From positions 16,244,001 to 16,308,000 of the forward strand of contig OZ024750.1 in the NCBI GenBank assembly GCA_964016885.1: a DNA stretch of 64,000 bases. Direction: 5' to 3'. The position numbers and the translations under genes were made by a program. The stretch is from Eledone cirrhosa (lineage: Eukaryota). Under the pieces are notes generated by a model. The model worked only from the letters and a program-made list of their open reading frames with translations. It was not told where the DNA came from and searched no databases. Positions 44,302 to 58,429 of the stretch are shown in pieces (position 1 is the first letter of the stretch; every line of letters begins with the position of its first letter).

Positions 44302-44569
44302 CTCTACACAAGAGTGACCACATCACTGAGAAATCCACAAGTGAGTGCACACACAACAACCGAATCAACACCACAAGACCACCATCGATAATAGCACAAG
44401 ACCCGCTATAATTGATGAACCTGTTATTTCGAATATAAGCATCCTTCTGATATTCGATAATATAAGAAAACAACATACATACATGAAAATTAACTTTCTA
44501 AAAATAAAAAAAGAACGACTGTTTTGAAAAAAGCAGCATTCTGTTAGGAAAAACAATACATTCTACAAA

Positions 44570-44912
44570 CATTTCCTTAACTGCATAAACATGCGAACGC
44601 CTAGTGATCCTCTAGCGATCCTCTAGCGATCCTCTAGCGATCTCCTTAACTGCACAGCCATGTCTGCTCCTAAAGATCACCTAAACCACATAACCGGACA
44701 AAATGTCTAGCGATCTTCTTAATTACACAGCCATGCCTTCTCCTAGCGATCACCTTTACCACATAACTATGAAAACATCTAGCGATCTCGTTAACCACAC
44801 AGCCATGCCTTCTAGCGATCACCGTAAGTCCATAGCCATGAAAACATCTAGCGATCTCTTTAACGACACAGCCATGCCTTCTCCTAGCGATCTCCTTAAC
44901 CACATAACCATG
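44570..44912 (+). repeat. Minisatellite, about 35-38 bp unit
   Basis: Repeated ctagcgatc...acacagccatg. Confidence 0.85.
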
Positions 44913-45364
44913 CTTGCTCTTATGGTATAATTAGACCACGTTGTATAAAGAAGCAAGACAAACAACACCCCAAACAGAAGTATTACAATTGTAATTTCAC
45001 ATAAGGAAATTAAAAAACAAAAAACGAAAACAAAGAGAGTCTCCAAACCACAACAGAAATCTCATTAAGCAACCGTGGTGTAACTGAGGGAGTTTATATA
45101 GTTGAATATATCTGCAAATGGCAAGTCTATTAAATATTGGCAGTATCGGTAGAGGGTCGGACGTCATGCTTTCCAGCATAGTTACGTCCCTTTACGATCT
45201 GAGTTCAAATCCCGCCGAGGTTGACTTTGCCTTTCATCCTTACGGGGTCGATAAAATAAAGTACCAGTAATGCACTGGGTATTTGCTGGCCTTGTGCCTA
45301 AAGTAGAAACAAGTCTGTATCATTAACGGATTATTCCAAGACAAATTGAAGTCGTTGATATAAT

Positions 45365-45398
<34 letters not shown>

Positions 45399-45430
45399 TT
45401 ATATTTAAGAAGAAATTAATTAATTTCTTC

Positions 45431-45515
45431 TTATATATACTCCAGTCCAATAAACTGTTGCGTGCTACTTATCTGATATCTGCATTGCTTTATTGTTCTA
45501 CAATAAAACTCACCT
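45431..45515 (+). mobile_element. Family A 3' tail only
   Basis: tactccagtcc...caataaaactcacctc, matching 1431-1509. Confidence 0.8.
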
Positions 45516-45550
45516 CTTCCATATATTTATATTTATATATATGTACACGC

Positions 45551-45591
<41 letters not shown>

Positions 45592-45594
45592 AGC

Positions 45595-45642
<48 letters not shown>

Positions 45643-46121
45643 AATGTAATCTGAGTTTTTCGAATATTAATAATAATAACATTCGATTCGTTTGCAATTA
45701 TGCAAACAAGTCTCATTTTTAAAGCCATGTCAGTAGAATGAACCCATCATTCTTGCTCTTGTGTTGGCATATAAACAGAACTGCAGACACATATTTTCTG
45801 GGTATCACCCTTAATCAGTACAGTTCACTGTTCACCTGCCAACTGCCAGAGCGTAATTGCAAACGAATCGAATGTTGGTGGATTGGCAGTATCGGTAGAG
45901 GGTCGGACGGCCATGCTTTGACGCATAGAGTTACGGCCCTTGCCATTCTGAGTTCAAATCCCGCCGAGGTTAACTTTGCCTTTCATCCTTACGGGGTCGA
46001 TAAAATAAAGTACCAGTAATACACTGGGTAATTGCTGGCCTTGTGCCAAAAAAGTAGAAACAATTATTATTAATATTCGAAAAACTCAGATTACATTTAT
46101 TGTGTTCAGCCATGTAGAGCG

Positions 46122-46170
<49 letters not shown>

Positions 46171-48884
46171 TATATATATATACATATTATATACATATAT
46201 GTATATTGCATATGTGTGTGTGTATATGTATATGTGTATGTGTGTCAGTATGTTTGTGAGTATGTATGTGTGTGTTTATAAGACAGAATGAAATATAATC
46301 AAAGACAACAATGGAACCGGGCCTCCATCAGTTTTAACAACGAGTGTTCCAGTTGCTTGATCAACGAAATAGGGGCCTAGTTGTGAAACTTGCGTATAAG
46401 TGGTTGAACATTCCAGAGGCATGTGTAGCCTTTATTTAATTCAACGAAATGATGTGAAGCCATGAATAGAAACTTTTCTCCATTCTCATTTATTTCCTAC
46501 TTTTTATTTTTCGATCTTTTGTCTTTTTAACTCTGGACATGCTACCAAGTCATTCTCGATTGTAAGAGACAACCGTTATATTGTAATAATTTGATAACGT
46601 TTAGTGATTCATTAGTTTTTTTTAAATTTGCCTTTCATCCTTTCATGATTGACAAAGAAAGTACCAACCCAGTACTGGTGCACCCCAATCATCTGTTCTT
46701 CCAGCTGCCACACCTTCGATGTTCCATAGGATCGATGGATGGATGATCGAGAAGATATCTCTATCTGTTCGCCATTTCATGGAGTGGAAGGGGCATCCCA
46801 ATTTCTCCGATCAGATGTCACATCTTTGACGTTCCTCAGGATCAAGGGATAGAGGATCAACATGATACCTGTATCTGTTCACCATTACACGAGGAACGGG
46901 GTACCCATTCTCTCCTAACAGCTATCACATCCTGGACGTTCCATAGGACCCAGGGAAGATTCAGAGGGTGCCTGTATCTGCTCGCCATTGCATGATGTAG
47001 TGGGGGTGTGGGGCTCGCCATTGCATGGTGTGGGGTATGGGGCTCGCCATTGCATGGTGTGGGGTGTGGGGCTCGCCATTGCATGGTGTGGGGCATCTTG
47101 AATGTTCTGCTAGGACAAGTGTAAGAGGGTTGTCATGGGAGTCTATGTCTTCCTGAGACTTCATGGACACCAAAAAACCCTTATTGAGAGTAGAGTAAAT
47201 TCTACGTAGTCATCTTTAATTATAAGTGATGGTCAACAAGTCTCACCGTGTCCTTCATACATTCGAGGTCAATGAAGAAAGCATAAATCCAGCAATCTTT
47301 CTTCTTCCAGCAATCACATCCTGGACAGTCTGCTAGATTAATTATGAATTTCTACTTTTGGCACAAGGCCAGCGATTACCCCAGTGTATCACTGGTACTT
47401 TATTTCATCGACCCCGTAAGGAAAAGGCAAAGTTAACCTCGGCGGATTTTAACTCAGAACACAAAAAGCCATAACTCTATGCTGCAAAGTATGGTGTCTG
47501 ACGCTCTACCGATACTGCCAAACCAACGGAAGGTTCAACAGAGCACCTGTGCCCTATTCACGACTGCGCGGGCACCTAAAACTGCTAACAAAATACGCAA
47601 TGTATGTGTTAACAAATCTTCTTCAATTGGAAGTGACTGTTGCGGTATCAGAGCCTAATAAACTAAATAATTAGATAAAGTTCAGCGCTTCCCCATGTCT
47701 TTGATCTCTCGTTTTTTGTTCTTACATGTTATCTTGCCATTTCAGAAGCGTTACCATGTCGGATTGTTTGATGTCGGAACAGGGTCTTCATCTTAAATTT
47801 CATATTTGTTACCTTGAACTCCACTGTCACTTCAATTATCTATAAACTTTATCAATTATAATTCTCCTGACATCTAATACCAAACTGCGTAGAATTCACT
47901 CATTGTATTTACTTATTGTCTACACGATCCGACGTGGGAGATTCAAGATTTTAGCTCAACCTGCTAGAAATAGAAGCCAAATACCCAATAAACCATACTT
48001 TTGTACCTCAACATCAACAGGATGTTACTAATGGTGGGGACATTAGTAACATGCATCGGAGAGGGGAATCAATCTTGAAGCGTGGACTGTTGGTAGAAGT
48101 GCATTTTCTCACAATAAAATTAACTCATATCACATTCACAAAAGAGGACAGCGCCGCCAAATAATTTTCCGATGGGAAATATATATAGGAGAAAGTTTTA
48201 GTTTGCCTGAAGCATTGTGTATGGTACAGAAAAATGTGAAATTTGAAGGCCACGACAATGTGAAATGGACGAACAAGAAAGTAAGACGAAACAAGATGTT
48301 ATGTGTTACCTTATTTATTTATCTGTCCTAATATTTTGAGATAAAATCTCTTCTTCGGAGGAATATAACTAGGGACAAGTTCGGATTTGGTAAACATGCT
48401 ACTGAATCTGGACTTGTCGCTTGTTATATTCCCCCTAAAAAGAGATTTTATCTCGAAATATCCGGACAGATGAATAAATAACGAGGATTTATAATAAAAT
48501 AATTTAAGCATATTGATTTCCATATTTTAATTAAAATTGTTAAGAAATATCGTATTTAAAATATCTTATGTAAAAAATAGAACTTACGTATACCGGAAAA
48601 AAAGAAAAGAATCAATATTTGATAAAGCTATTGTTGCAGTATGATAATCTTAAATATTAATTTTAATGTGTTTTCTATTTTCTTCTGCTGGAGTGAAATT
48701 TTAATCAACTTTTGTTTAATATTGTTTAATTGTTATTTTTGCGTCCTACATTATAATTAAATATGTAATACGTTTTAATTTTCTTCATACAAGTGTCTAA
48801 GACATATGCTATTAATTCAAAGGGGAGTAGTAATTGTTGTTATGTTGTTACTGATGCTGGTTGTTATTGTTGTTGTTGCCAGGG

Positions 48885-49410
48885 CGATAGATTGCCAGTA
48901 TCGGTAGAGCGTCGGACAACATGTTTTGCAGCATATAGTTACGTCATTTTAGGTTATGAGTTCAAATCCCGCCGAAGTTAGCTTTGCCTTTCATCCCTAC
49001 GCGATCGATAAAATAAAGTAACAGTAACACACTGGGGTCGATTTAGTCGACTTTCCCCTCCCCCAAATTGCTGGCCTTGTGCCTATATAAGAAACCATTA
49101 TTGCTGTTTTTGCTACTATTATTGTTGTTCTTGACTTCGTCGTCGTCGTCGTCGTTGTTGTTGTTGTTGTTGTTGCTGTTGGTGTTATTACTGTTAGCGG
49201 TGGATTGGCAGTATCGGTAGAGTCGGACACTATGCTTTGTAGCATAGAGTTTCGGTCCTTTACGGTCTGAGTTCAGATCCCGCCGAAGTTAACTTTGTCT
49301 TTCATCCTTACGGGGTTGATAAAATAAAGTAGCAGTAACGTACCGGGGTCGATTTAATCGACTTCCCCCTCTTCCCAAATTACTGGTCTTGTGCCTATAC
49401 TAGAAATCGT
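48885..49410 (+). mobile_element. Two tandem SINEs with (TTG)/(TTA) tails
   Basis: Same consensus, long variant. Confidence 0.85.
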
Positions 49411-50201
49411 TATTACTGTTGTTACTGTAGTTGTTTTTGATGGGTTTTTTTTTGTTGTTGTTGGCAGAGTTTTTAGAACAGTGGTCAGAATGCTTCGCGG
49501 TGTTCGTTCTAATTCTCTGAGCTCTGGATTCAAACACCACCGAGATTATCTTTGCATTTCAACATTTCTAGATCGATAAATAAAGTACCAGTCGATTCTG
49601 GTGTCGATTCTTCCTACACATTTTTTCTTACTTGTTCTCTCTCACTCTCTCATTTTCTATAGAAGAAATCGTTTGCGTTCAGTCCTAGGGAGAGGTGGGC
49701 TCTGCTAGGTTAAAATACCCAAGATACGCCGTATATCACTATAGATCTTTCACGACTCCACTAGGATTTAAAGACCCTTTTTCCTTTTTTTTTCCTTTGA
49801 TTTTTTCTATAGAGGAATCTTACTATAGCATCGCTATATATATGTCAAGCAAGATGTAGAATATAGCTGAGATAGTCAATCTAATTTGCATGAAGTGCAT
49901 TCGTTTAGCATCATAATTTATTTAACAATACACATCTATGTTAGAACCCAACCTATTTAAACACTGGAGGGACAAGCTTGCAGAACCAGCAACCTACAAA
50001 GACAGACAATGTTTGAGCAGTGGGTGGTCCTCTTGGATATATGGTTCTGTGGTTTGATACGGCAATAACAGAAACTCTCTGGTAAACAAATTAGGAATTG
50101 TTGCTTTACGATATTTGATAGTTTGGTGTGATCTAGAGGGACTAAGCTAAGAGGTTTGTCTCCGTCATTTGTCTGGCTACACAGAATATTCCGCAAATAA
50201 C

Positions 50202-50401
50202 NNNNNNNNNNNNNNNNNNNNNNNNNNNNNNNNNNNNNNNNNNNNNNNNNNNNNNNNNNNNNNNNNNNNNNNNNNNNNNNNNNNNNNNNNNNNNNNNNNN
50301 NNNNNNNNNNNNNNNNNNNNNNNNNNNNNNNNNNNNNNNNNNNNNNNNNNNNNNNNNNNNNNNNNNNNNNNNNNNNNNNNNNNNNNNNNNNNNNNNNNNN
50401 N
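50202..50401. other. Assembly gap (200 N)
   Basis: Run of N. Confidence 1.
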
Positions 50402-50730
50402 CTGACGTGACCCGCTGGAAGAAGTGTTTAAGGACTCTGCCCCCACGACCCCCTCAGGAAGAAGAAGAAGAAGAAGAAGAAGAAGAAGAAGAAGAAGAAG
50501 AAGAAGAAGAAGAAGAAGAAGAAGAGAAGAAGAGAAGAAGAAGAAGAAGAGAAGAAGAAGATAGTCAATTCATTCTAAAATTTTCTTAAACATCATATAA
50601 AGAACCGTTTATCCTCAGGTGGATAGTTTATCCTCTTATATGGACATGTCACACCTGAGGAAATGGCCAGTCGATTGTAAGTCTGTTTTGTTAATAATCT
50701 GAAACTAGCTTTTAATACATATACATATAT

Positions 50731-51138
50731 GGCACCCGGCCGATTAACCCACTCGATATGCAAATTGGGCCTCTCAGCTGTTAATATGCATAAGGTAAGT
50801 ATATACGTTCAACAATCTGGCAGGAAGGTATACGTTGCTGACGATAGCTAATAAGCTTGAAACTAGTACAGCGTTCCTTTGTCAGTGTTGAACAAACGAG
50901 CAACGATGGTTGCTGGAACTACGGCTTAATACGGGATGTTTGTTTACAAACACACCGAGCATTATAATGAATGTTCGGTGAATCCATACGTACATATATA
51001 TATTGTGTGCATGTATGTATATATATATATACATACTACTGTACGTCTGTATACATATATGTATGTACGTGTACATACTTATATTTAAGTAACAGCCGTA
51101 CTAAGAGTGGGAAATGAAATTTCGTTCATTTTTCCGTT
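50731..51138 (+). mobile_element. Family E' monomer, circularly permuted relative to 39911-40306
   Basis: Starts at ggcacccggccgattaac and ends gaaatttcgttcatttttccgtt(TA)n; these two segments are about 15 nt apart at 40045-40095. Confidence 0.82.
50832..50874 (+). ncRNA. Minimal type I hammerhead ribozyme (family E')
   Basis: acgttg-CTGACGA-t-agct-aata-agct-t-GAAA-ctag-TA-cagcgt. Confidence 0.88.
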
Positions 51139-51341
51139 TATATATATATATAGTATATATATATATATATAAACTCCATTAATACACTCCTTTGATGTAT
51201 TCACTCTGTACTCCTTCATGCATCGAGCACTAGTTGTACTCAAGACTTCGATTGATATACAAGGATTTCGATTCTCGTTGTTTGTAGTTTGGTCAGTGGA
51301 ACGAACCAGAGCAGACACTATACTTTAAAATGTATACAGAG

Positions 51342-51430
<89 letters not shown>

Positions 51431-51431
51431 T

Positions 51432-51467
<36 letters not shown>

Positions 51468-51470
<3 letters not shown>

Positions 51471-51505
51471 ATATACTTATATTAGACCTGTCAACTCTCC
51501 CGTCC

Positions 51506-51583
<78 letters not shown>

Positions 51584-51619
51584 ATATACTTATATTAGAC
51601 CTGTCAACTCTCCCCGTCC

Positions 51620-51709
<90 letters not shown>

Positions 51710-51815
51710 TGAGAGAGAGAGAGAGAGAGAGAGGAGAGCGGAGAGAGAGAGAGCTAGAGAGAGAGAGAGAGAGAGATGAATATACTTATATTAGACCTGT
51801 CAACTCTCCCCGTCC
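51468..51815 (+). repeat. Three copies of a unit of about 40 bp interleaved with (GA)n
   Basis: tgaatatacttatattagacctgtcaactctcccgtcc three times. Confidence 0.9.
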
Positions 51816-51887
51816 CACGGAGGAGATCTCCCATCCACTTTGGAGTGGGTGACAGATGTCTTCTCTTGTGAAAATGGGTATAGCTCA

Positions 51888-52270
51888 GTGGATTGGCAGT
51901 ATCGGTAGAGGGTCGGACGCCATGCTTTCCAGCATAGTTACGTCCCTTTACCATCTGAGTTCAAATCCCGCCGAGGTTGACTTTGCCTTTCATCCTTACG
52001 GGGTCGATAAAATAAAGTACCAGTAATGCACTGGTAATTGCTGGCCTTGTGCCTAAAGTAGAAACAATTATGTCAAATCTTCTCGGGCGGTGGATTGGCA
52101 GTATTGGTAGAGAGTCGGACGCCATGCTTTGACGCATAGAGTTACGGCCCTTGCTATTCCGAGTTCAAATCCCGCCGAGGTTACTTTGCCTTTCATCTTA
52201 CGGGTCGATAAAATAAAGTACCAGTAATACATTGGGTAAATGCTGGCCTTGTGCCAAAAGTAGTAACAAT
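51888..52270 (+). mobile_element. Two tandem SINEs, each followed by caattatgtcaaatcttctc
   Basis: Same consensus; the duplicated 3' flank suggests a TSD or tandem duplication. Confidence 0.85.
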
Positions 52271-52596
52271 TATGTCAAATCTTCTCATTTTGCCTCATTT
52301 CTCCCCATTTTGGGGCTCTTTTTTTCATGGTACTCCCCGTATAGGTTTTTAGAGGTTGTCAAGTCTATTATATGTTTCCTAATTTATCTAATCGTGAGAA
52401 AGTAAAAATATGTTAAACGAGGTTGATAGTGAGCCTGGAAGCTTTAGTTCCGGTAGCAGAAGATAAATCGATAAAAAAAAGAAATAAAAAAGAAAAAAAA
52501 AGAAAAAAGACAATTAAAAGATAACACCGCTATAATAACTAGTACTCTTTTTTACAAAAAATATTACTTTAAAACTTAACCAATGAACGTCTTGAA

Positions 52597-52701
<105 letters not shown>

Positions 52702-52771
52702 CATATTTATATATATATACATATTTATATATATATATATACATATTTATATATATATATATATACATATT

Positions 52772-52806
<35 letters not shown>

Positions 52807-53062
52807 ATTTATATTTATATATATATTTATATATATATATTTATATATATATATTTATATATATATATTTATATATATATATATACATATATATATTTAT
52901 ATATATATCCATATACATATATATATATATATATATACATATTTATATATATACATACATATATATATATACACATATATATATATATATATATACTTAT
53001 TATATATATACATATATACACATATATATATATATATATACATACATATATATATATATATG

Positions 53063-53135
<73 letters not shown>

Positions 53136-53267
53136 GCATACACGTAAACATACATACATTCATACGTACATACAAACACACATACACACGTCGAACTTTC
53201 TTTCCCCTTTTCCATATAAAGCGTGAAACTAATAAGATTTGTGTATAGTTGCTAACCTGTCTCTCAG

Positions 53268-53349
53268 ATGATGAACATGTATTATTTTGTGTTGGTCACA
53301 CTTTTTAGTGCAACTCTTTTACATCATTGCCTGGCATTGACCGAAAATG
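53268..53349 (+). CDS. Coding exon 1 (signal peptide) of a secreted chitin-binding-like protein
   Basis: gctaac...ctctcAG|ATG; [27 protein letters not shown]; donor G|GTAAGT; phase 1. Confidence 0.8.
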
Positions 53350-53446
53350 GTAAGTAATTTATATTGAATCTTTTGTTGTATTTATTGTTGTTATCACTGT
53401 TGTTGTTATTTTTGTTGGTGTTGTGATGTTGTCTTTACCATTATTG

Positions 53447-53862
53447 TTGGATTGGCAGAATCGGTAGAGGGTCGGACGCCATGCTTTCCAGCATAGTTAT
53501 GTCCCTTTACGATCTGAGTTCAAATCCCGCCGAGTTTGACTTTGCCTTTCATGCTTACGGGTCGATAAAATAAAGTACCAGTAATGCACTGGGTATTTGC
53601 TGGCCTTGTGCCTAAAATAGAAACCATTATTGTTATTGGCATTAGGGCGGTGGATTGGCAGTATCGGTAGAGGGTCGGACGCCATGCTTTGACGCATAGA
53701 GTTACGGACCTTGCCATTCTGAGTTCAAATCCCGCCGAGGTTAACTTTGCCTTTCATCCTTACGGGGTCGATAAAATAAAGCACCAGTAATGTACTGGGG
53801 GTCGATTTAATCGACTTTCCCCCTCCCCCAAATTACTGGCATTGTGCCTATATAATAAATCA
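53447..53862 (+). mobile_element. Two tandem SINEs in intron 1 of the chitin-binding gene
   Basis: Same consensus. Confidence 0.85.
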
Positions 53863-54652
53863 TTACTGTTATTGGCATTGTTTTTGCTACTATTGTCTGG
53901 CGCTAGGCGTGGATTTGGATGTTATTTCTAGTACCTCATAGAGGCACCTTTGGTGACTCGTTGAAGCCGTTGTTTTGTCTTTTGTTGTTTTTTATAGCCA
54001 TATGTTTGATTTGGCTGCTATTTCTAGCAAGACGAGTGATTATATGGAAGCACGCTTGTTGGCTTCTGGTAATTCTAATTGTATAGTACAAGTTCAGATT
54101 TGGCTTCTATCTCTAGCTAGCATAGTGACCTCATAGAATGTCACTCATTAGCTCATGGTATCTCACGTTCTTTGGAGCTCAGTCATGACCATCTTGTCTG
54201 TTTACCTATGTGCGAGGAACCCACGATCATATTTTTCCGACACGTTCATATTTTAAGAGTAATTTGAAGGAGGTCTGCTAATTCTAGCAAAATGAGTGAC
54301 CTCATAGAACCTTCCTCGTTGGCTTATGGCTGCTGCTGTTGTTTAGCCCCAAGTTAACCATATTCGAGCAAACCTATTAACCCCATTTTATTTTTCAATA
54401 TATTTACGCTTGTAAGTATTAATATAACATTATTGCAAGTTAGAACTACAAGAGTAAAAACTCGAGTATAGTAATGTAAGACAAACAACCTAAACAACAG
54501 TTTACACATTTCCCTTATATTTCATGATATTTTAGGATTTAAAAAAAAGAACTTTTTCAAAAGAAATGAAATGCACTCTTGTATTGTACCGACTTTCCAC
54601 AAACAATCATATAAACTATATTGTTTACCGTATAACATTTTTTTCTTTCCAG

Positions 54653-54682
54653 ATTGTGATAGATCTATGCATGTTGATAAAT
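54653..54682 (+). CDS. Coding exon 2 (30-nt microexon, DCDRSMHVDK)
   Basis: ttttctttccAG acceptor, GTAAGT donor; phase 1-1 is compatible with both neighbours. Confidence 0.7.
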
Positions 54683-55113
54683 GTAAGTATTTTGTCTTCT
54701 TAAATTTTGGGAGTAACTTATCTAAAAGAGTCTGGTGGTTATAGTGTTGAGCTCACGATCGTAAAGTTGAGAGTTCGATTCGTGAACCGAGCGATGTGTT
54801 TTGTCCTTGAGCAAGTCACTATATTTCACGTTGAAAATATGAATTGTGATGTTACCGGTGCCAAGCAGTATAAGCTTTGTCTTTCCTTTGGACAATATTA
54901 ACTGTAGTTTAAATAATGTGTATATAGTCTATATATAATGTATATTGTTACGAAGGAAATTGTAAAGTCAATCATCAGCTGCAAATGGTATCACTCGAAT
55001 TTGAAATACTGCTCCCCAGATCTACAAAAGAAAGCGATGACATGTTACGTCCGTCAGCGGGGTACTGTATTTCACGTTACCCAGGCCACTGGAGAAATGA
55101 GTTGGGGCATCAG

Positions 55114-55159
<46 letters not shown>

Positions 55160-55160
55160 G

Positions 55161-55193
<33 letters not shown>

Positions 55194-55284
55194 AGTAGAA
55201 GGGTATTTAATTTGTTGTTAATTTGTATTTAATTCTCTTGTTTCTTTCTTCTCTCTCTAGCATTATTTTATCCTCTCCTCCTAT

Positions 55285-55329
<45 letters not shown>

Positions 55330-55488
55330 TCGTTTAAATAAATGGTTGTTTTTCAATTATTTACATATTCATTTGCATATTCACACATAAGTTTGAAAAA
55401 TCCCTAATATATTTCCACTATCCAGTGAATTTCCAGCCGATAAGGTATGATTTTCATGGTATGTCTCTATTTATAAAACAAACTTTGT

Positions 55489-55549
55489 ATTTTACCTGAT
55501 GAAAGCGTACCAATCTGTCTTGGTACACTTGAAATATATATAATAAAAT
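55489..55549 (+). ncRNA. Type I hammerhead (family F), intronic and sense to the host gene
   Basis: attttac-CTGATGA-aagcgtaccaa..ttggtacactt-GAAA-tatata-TA-ataaaat; the downstream 45 nt match the reverse complement of 41500-41545. Confidence 0.82.
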
Positions 55550-55589
55550 AAATATGGTTTTATAAATATAGTTTCCATTTATTTAATAT

Positions 55590-55650
<61 letters not shown>

Positions 55651-55897
55651 GATAAATCTACAAGAGTTTACGGTAGTGTCCAATATATATGTGTCCATAT
55701 ATGTGTTTTGGTATGTATATTTAATTTTGATAGTTTGTATAATTTTGTATAATTTTGTACATAGATCTGTTGAATATGCATGCCAATTCTAACACATATA
55801 TATCCTAGAAACGATCGTTAAATAATGAACTTTTTTTGTTAATATAAGGAACTGCTTCATTGTTTTATTCATTATTTTTTTAATATTTTATATATAT

Positions 55898-56268
55898 AAC
55901 GAAGGAAATGTGTAAGGAACCAGGTGGACCATAACGCACCAAAGTACTCAATACTTAGGGTAGTAGAGTGGGTAATAGGAACAAGTAAGACCCCGACGGC
56001 TGAGCTCAAGCCGTTTCGACGGCTAATTCAGTCCAGAATTAGCCATCGAAACGGCTTGAGCTCAGCCGTCGGGGTCTTACTTGTTCCTATATATATATAT
56101 ATATATAGGAGTAAGTAAGACCCCGACGGCTGAGCTCAAGCCGTTTCGACGGCTAATTCTGGAGCTCAGCCGTCGGGTCTTACTTACTCCTATTACCCAC
56201 TCTACTACCCTAAGTATTGAGTACTTGGTGCGTTATGGTCCACCTGGTTCCTTACCACTTTTCCCTCG

Positions 56269-56269
<1 letters not shown>
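55898..56269. mobile_element. Two adjacent family B fold-back inserts (55898-56090 and 56105-56269) in intron 2 of the chitin-binding gene
   Basis: Each has an inverted arm ending at cctat plus one tailed arm; they are separated by (TA)n. Confidence 0.85.
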
Positions 56270-56315
<46 letters not shown>

Positions 56316-56339
56316 ATATAATCTCTTTGCTTTATCTAG

Positions 56340-56634
56340 CTAACTCCGCCTCCTGTGTACTCGCGCTGTACTTCAGCAAAACATCCATGTCCAGAAGAAC
56401 GCAGACGATAGAAACCAGTTCATAGTGTGCACTGATATTATGGTTGGCTGTATGGGAAGGTGTCCCCAAACAAACACTTTGAAAGTAATAACCAAGACTG
56501 TAATGACAACCCTGCAGAACATTGTAACCCACCCCCTTCGGCCAAAAGGGACACAGAACCTTTAAAAATTTCCTCCTCTTGCGATAGATCAAGCACCGTA
56601 TGTGACTATCTTCCCTACCCAGAGATGAAAAATC
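56340..56634 (+). CDS. Coding exon 3: Cys-rich chitin-binding-like repeat 1 and the start of repeat 2; needs three +1 homopolymer corrections
   Basis: tttatctAG and GTAAGT. Corrected read: [63 protein letters not shown]...CDYLPYPRDEKS. Confidence 0.75.
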
Positions 56635-56691
56635 GTAAGTTCACTACATTTGTTTCTTTGTCTTTCGTTCGTGCCACATACATACATACAT

Positions 56692-56784
<93 letters not shown>

Positions 56785-56794
56785 TATATATGTA

Positions 56795-56840
<46 letters not shown>

Positions 56841-56855
56841 CATATATATATACAT

Positions 56856-56922
<67 letters not shown>

Positions 56923-56937
56923 CATATATATATACAT

Positions 56938-56979
<42 letters not shown>

Positions 56980-56989
56980 TATATATGTA

Positions 56990-57067
<78 letters not shown>

Positions 57068-57365
57068 GAATATATATATATATACACATATATATATATA
57101 TGTGTGTATATATATATATATGTATGTATATATATATATATATATATGAATATATATATATATGAATACATATATATATATATATATATATATATGAATA
57201 TATATATATATATATATGAATATATATATATATATATGTATGTATATATATATTATATATATATATATATGTATGTATATATATATATATGTATATATAT
57301 ATATGTGTGTATGTATGTATATATATATATGTGTGAATGTATGTATATATATATATGTATGAATG

Positions 57366-57421
<56 letters not shown>

Positions 57422-57467
57422 TATATATATATATATATATATGAATATATATATATATATATGTATG

Positions 57468-57500
<33 letters not shown>

Positions 57501-57548
57501 ATATATATGTGTGTATGTATGTATATATATATATGTATGAATGTATGT

Positions 57549-57623
<75 letters not shown>

Positions 57624-57667
57624 TATACATACATATATACATACATACATATATACATACATACATA

Positions 57668-57716
<49 letters not shown>

Positions 57717-57736
57717 CATACATACATACATATACA

Positions 57737-57770
<34 letters not shown>

Positions 57771-58017
57771 CATATATATATATCAAGATAAATCTAACGG
57801 AACCATAGACTCTCGTTATTCCCTGTAAATTATGTGCTCAAAGGAAACGGAATCCTGAGCTCTTTAAAATACAATATGTAGAAAGGGTAACACACTAGAG
57901 AGAGAGAGAGAGAGAGAGAGAGTGCGTGTTTTATGCACGCTGTCACATCTCTCTGTCACGTGTTGCAGGTCGGTTATCTTATTTTTCTTAGAGTTGTCTA
58001 GAATGTATTTGTGTTAC

Positions 58018-58096
58018 ACACGCTGATAACCCATAGAGCCATCCATTTCAGTCAATAATTTATTGGCGAAACAGATCTCTTTGGATTTGTACGTGT
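58018..58096 (+). ncRNA. Hammerhead with a G8>A core change inside the fold-back insert 57784-58269
   Basis: acacg-CTGATAA-...ggc-GAAA-cagatct..ggatttg-TA-cgtgt; inverted arms 57877-57927 and 58222-58269. Confidence 0.65.
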
Positions 58097-58361
58097 TTGT
58101 TATATAGTTATAGAGGTGCGTATGCGCATTTTAATTTATATTTTTAAATATTGTGTGTCTACCCTGCCCTTCCATAGGTTATAGATTCCATTCAGTGTCG
58201 GTTTCCCTGTTTTATTGATGGCATACGCTCGCTCTCTATCTCTCTCTCTAGTGAGTTACCCTTTCTACACACACACACACACACTTTTTAGTCCAGCCAG
58301 CGACTGAAAACTCTGGTACAAGCACTACACTTGTGACAATTATTGACACATAGTGCTGGGC

Positions 58362-58410
<49 letters not shown>

Positions 58411-58429
58411 TTTTCTGATACTTTTCCAG

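Noticed and set aside
53347-53349. Alternative start 'ATG|gtaagt' giving MIVIDLCMLINLTPPP
   Set aside because: The upstream frame from 53268 gives a better signal peptide and needs only single-base homopolymer fixes.
55800-55830. GAAA-cgatcg-TT half-hammerhead (similar half motifs near 25965-25985, 26195-26220 and 50700)
   Set aside because: No CUGANGA or stem I partner found; possibly truncated remnants but unsupported as ribozymes.
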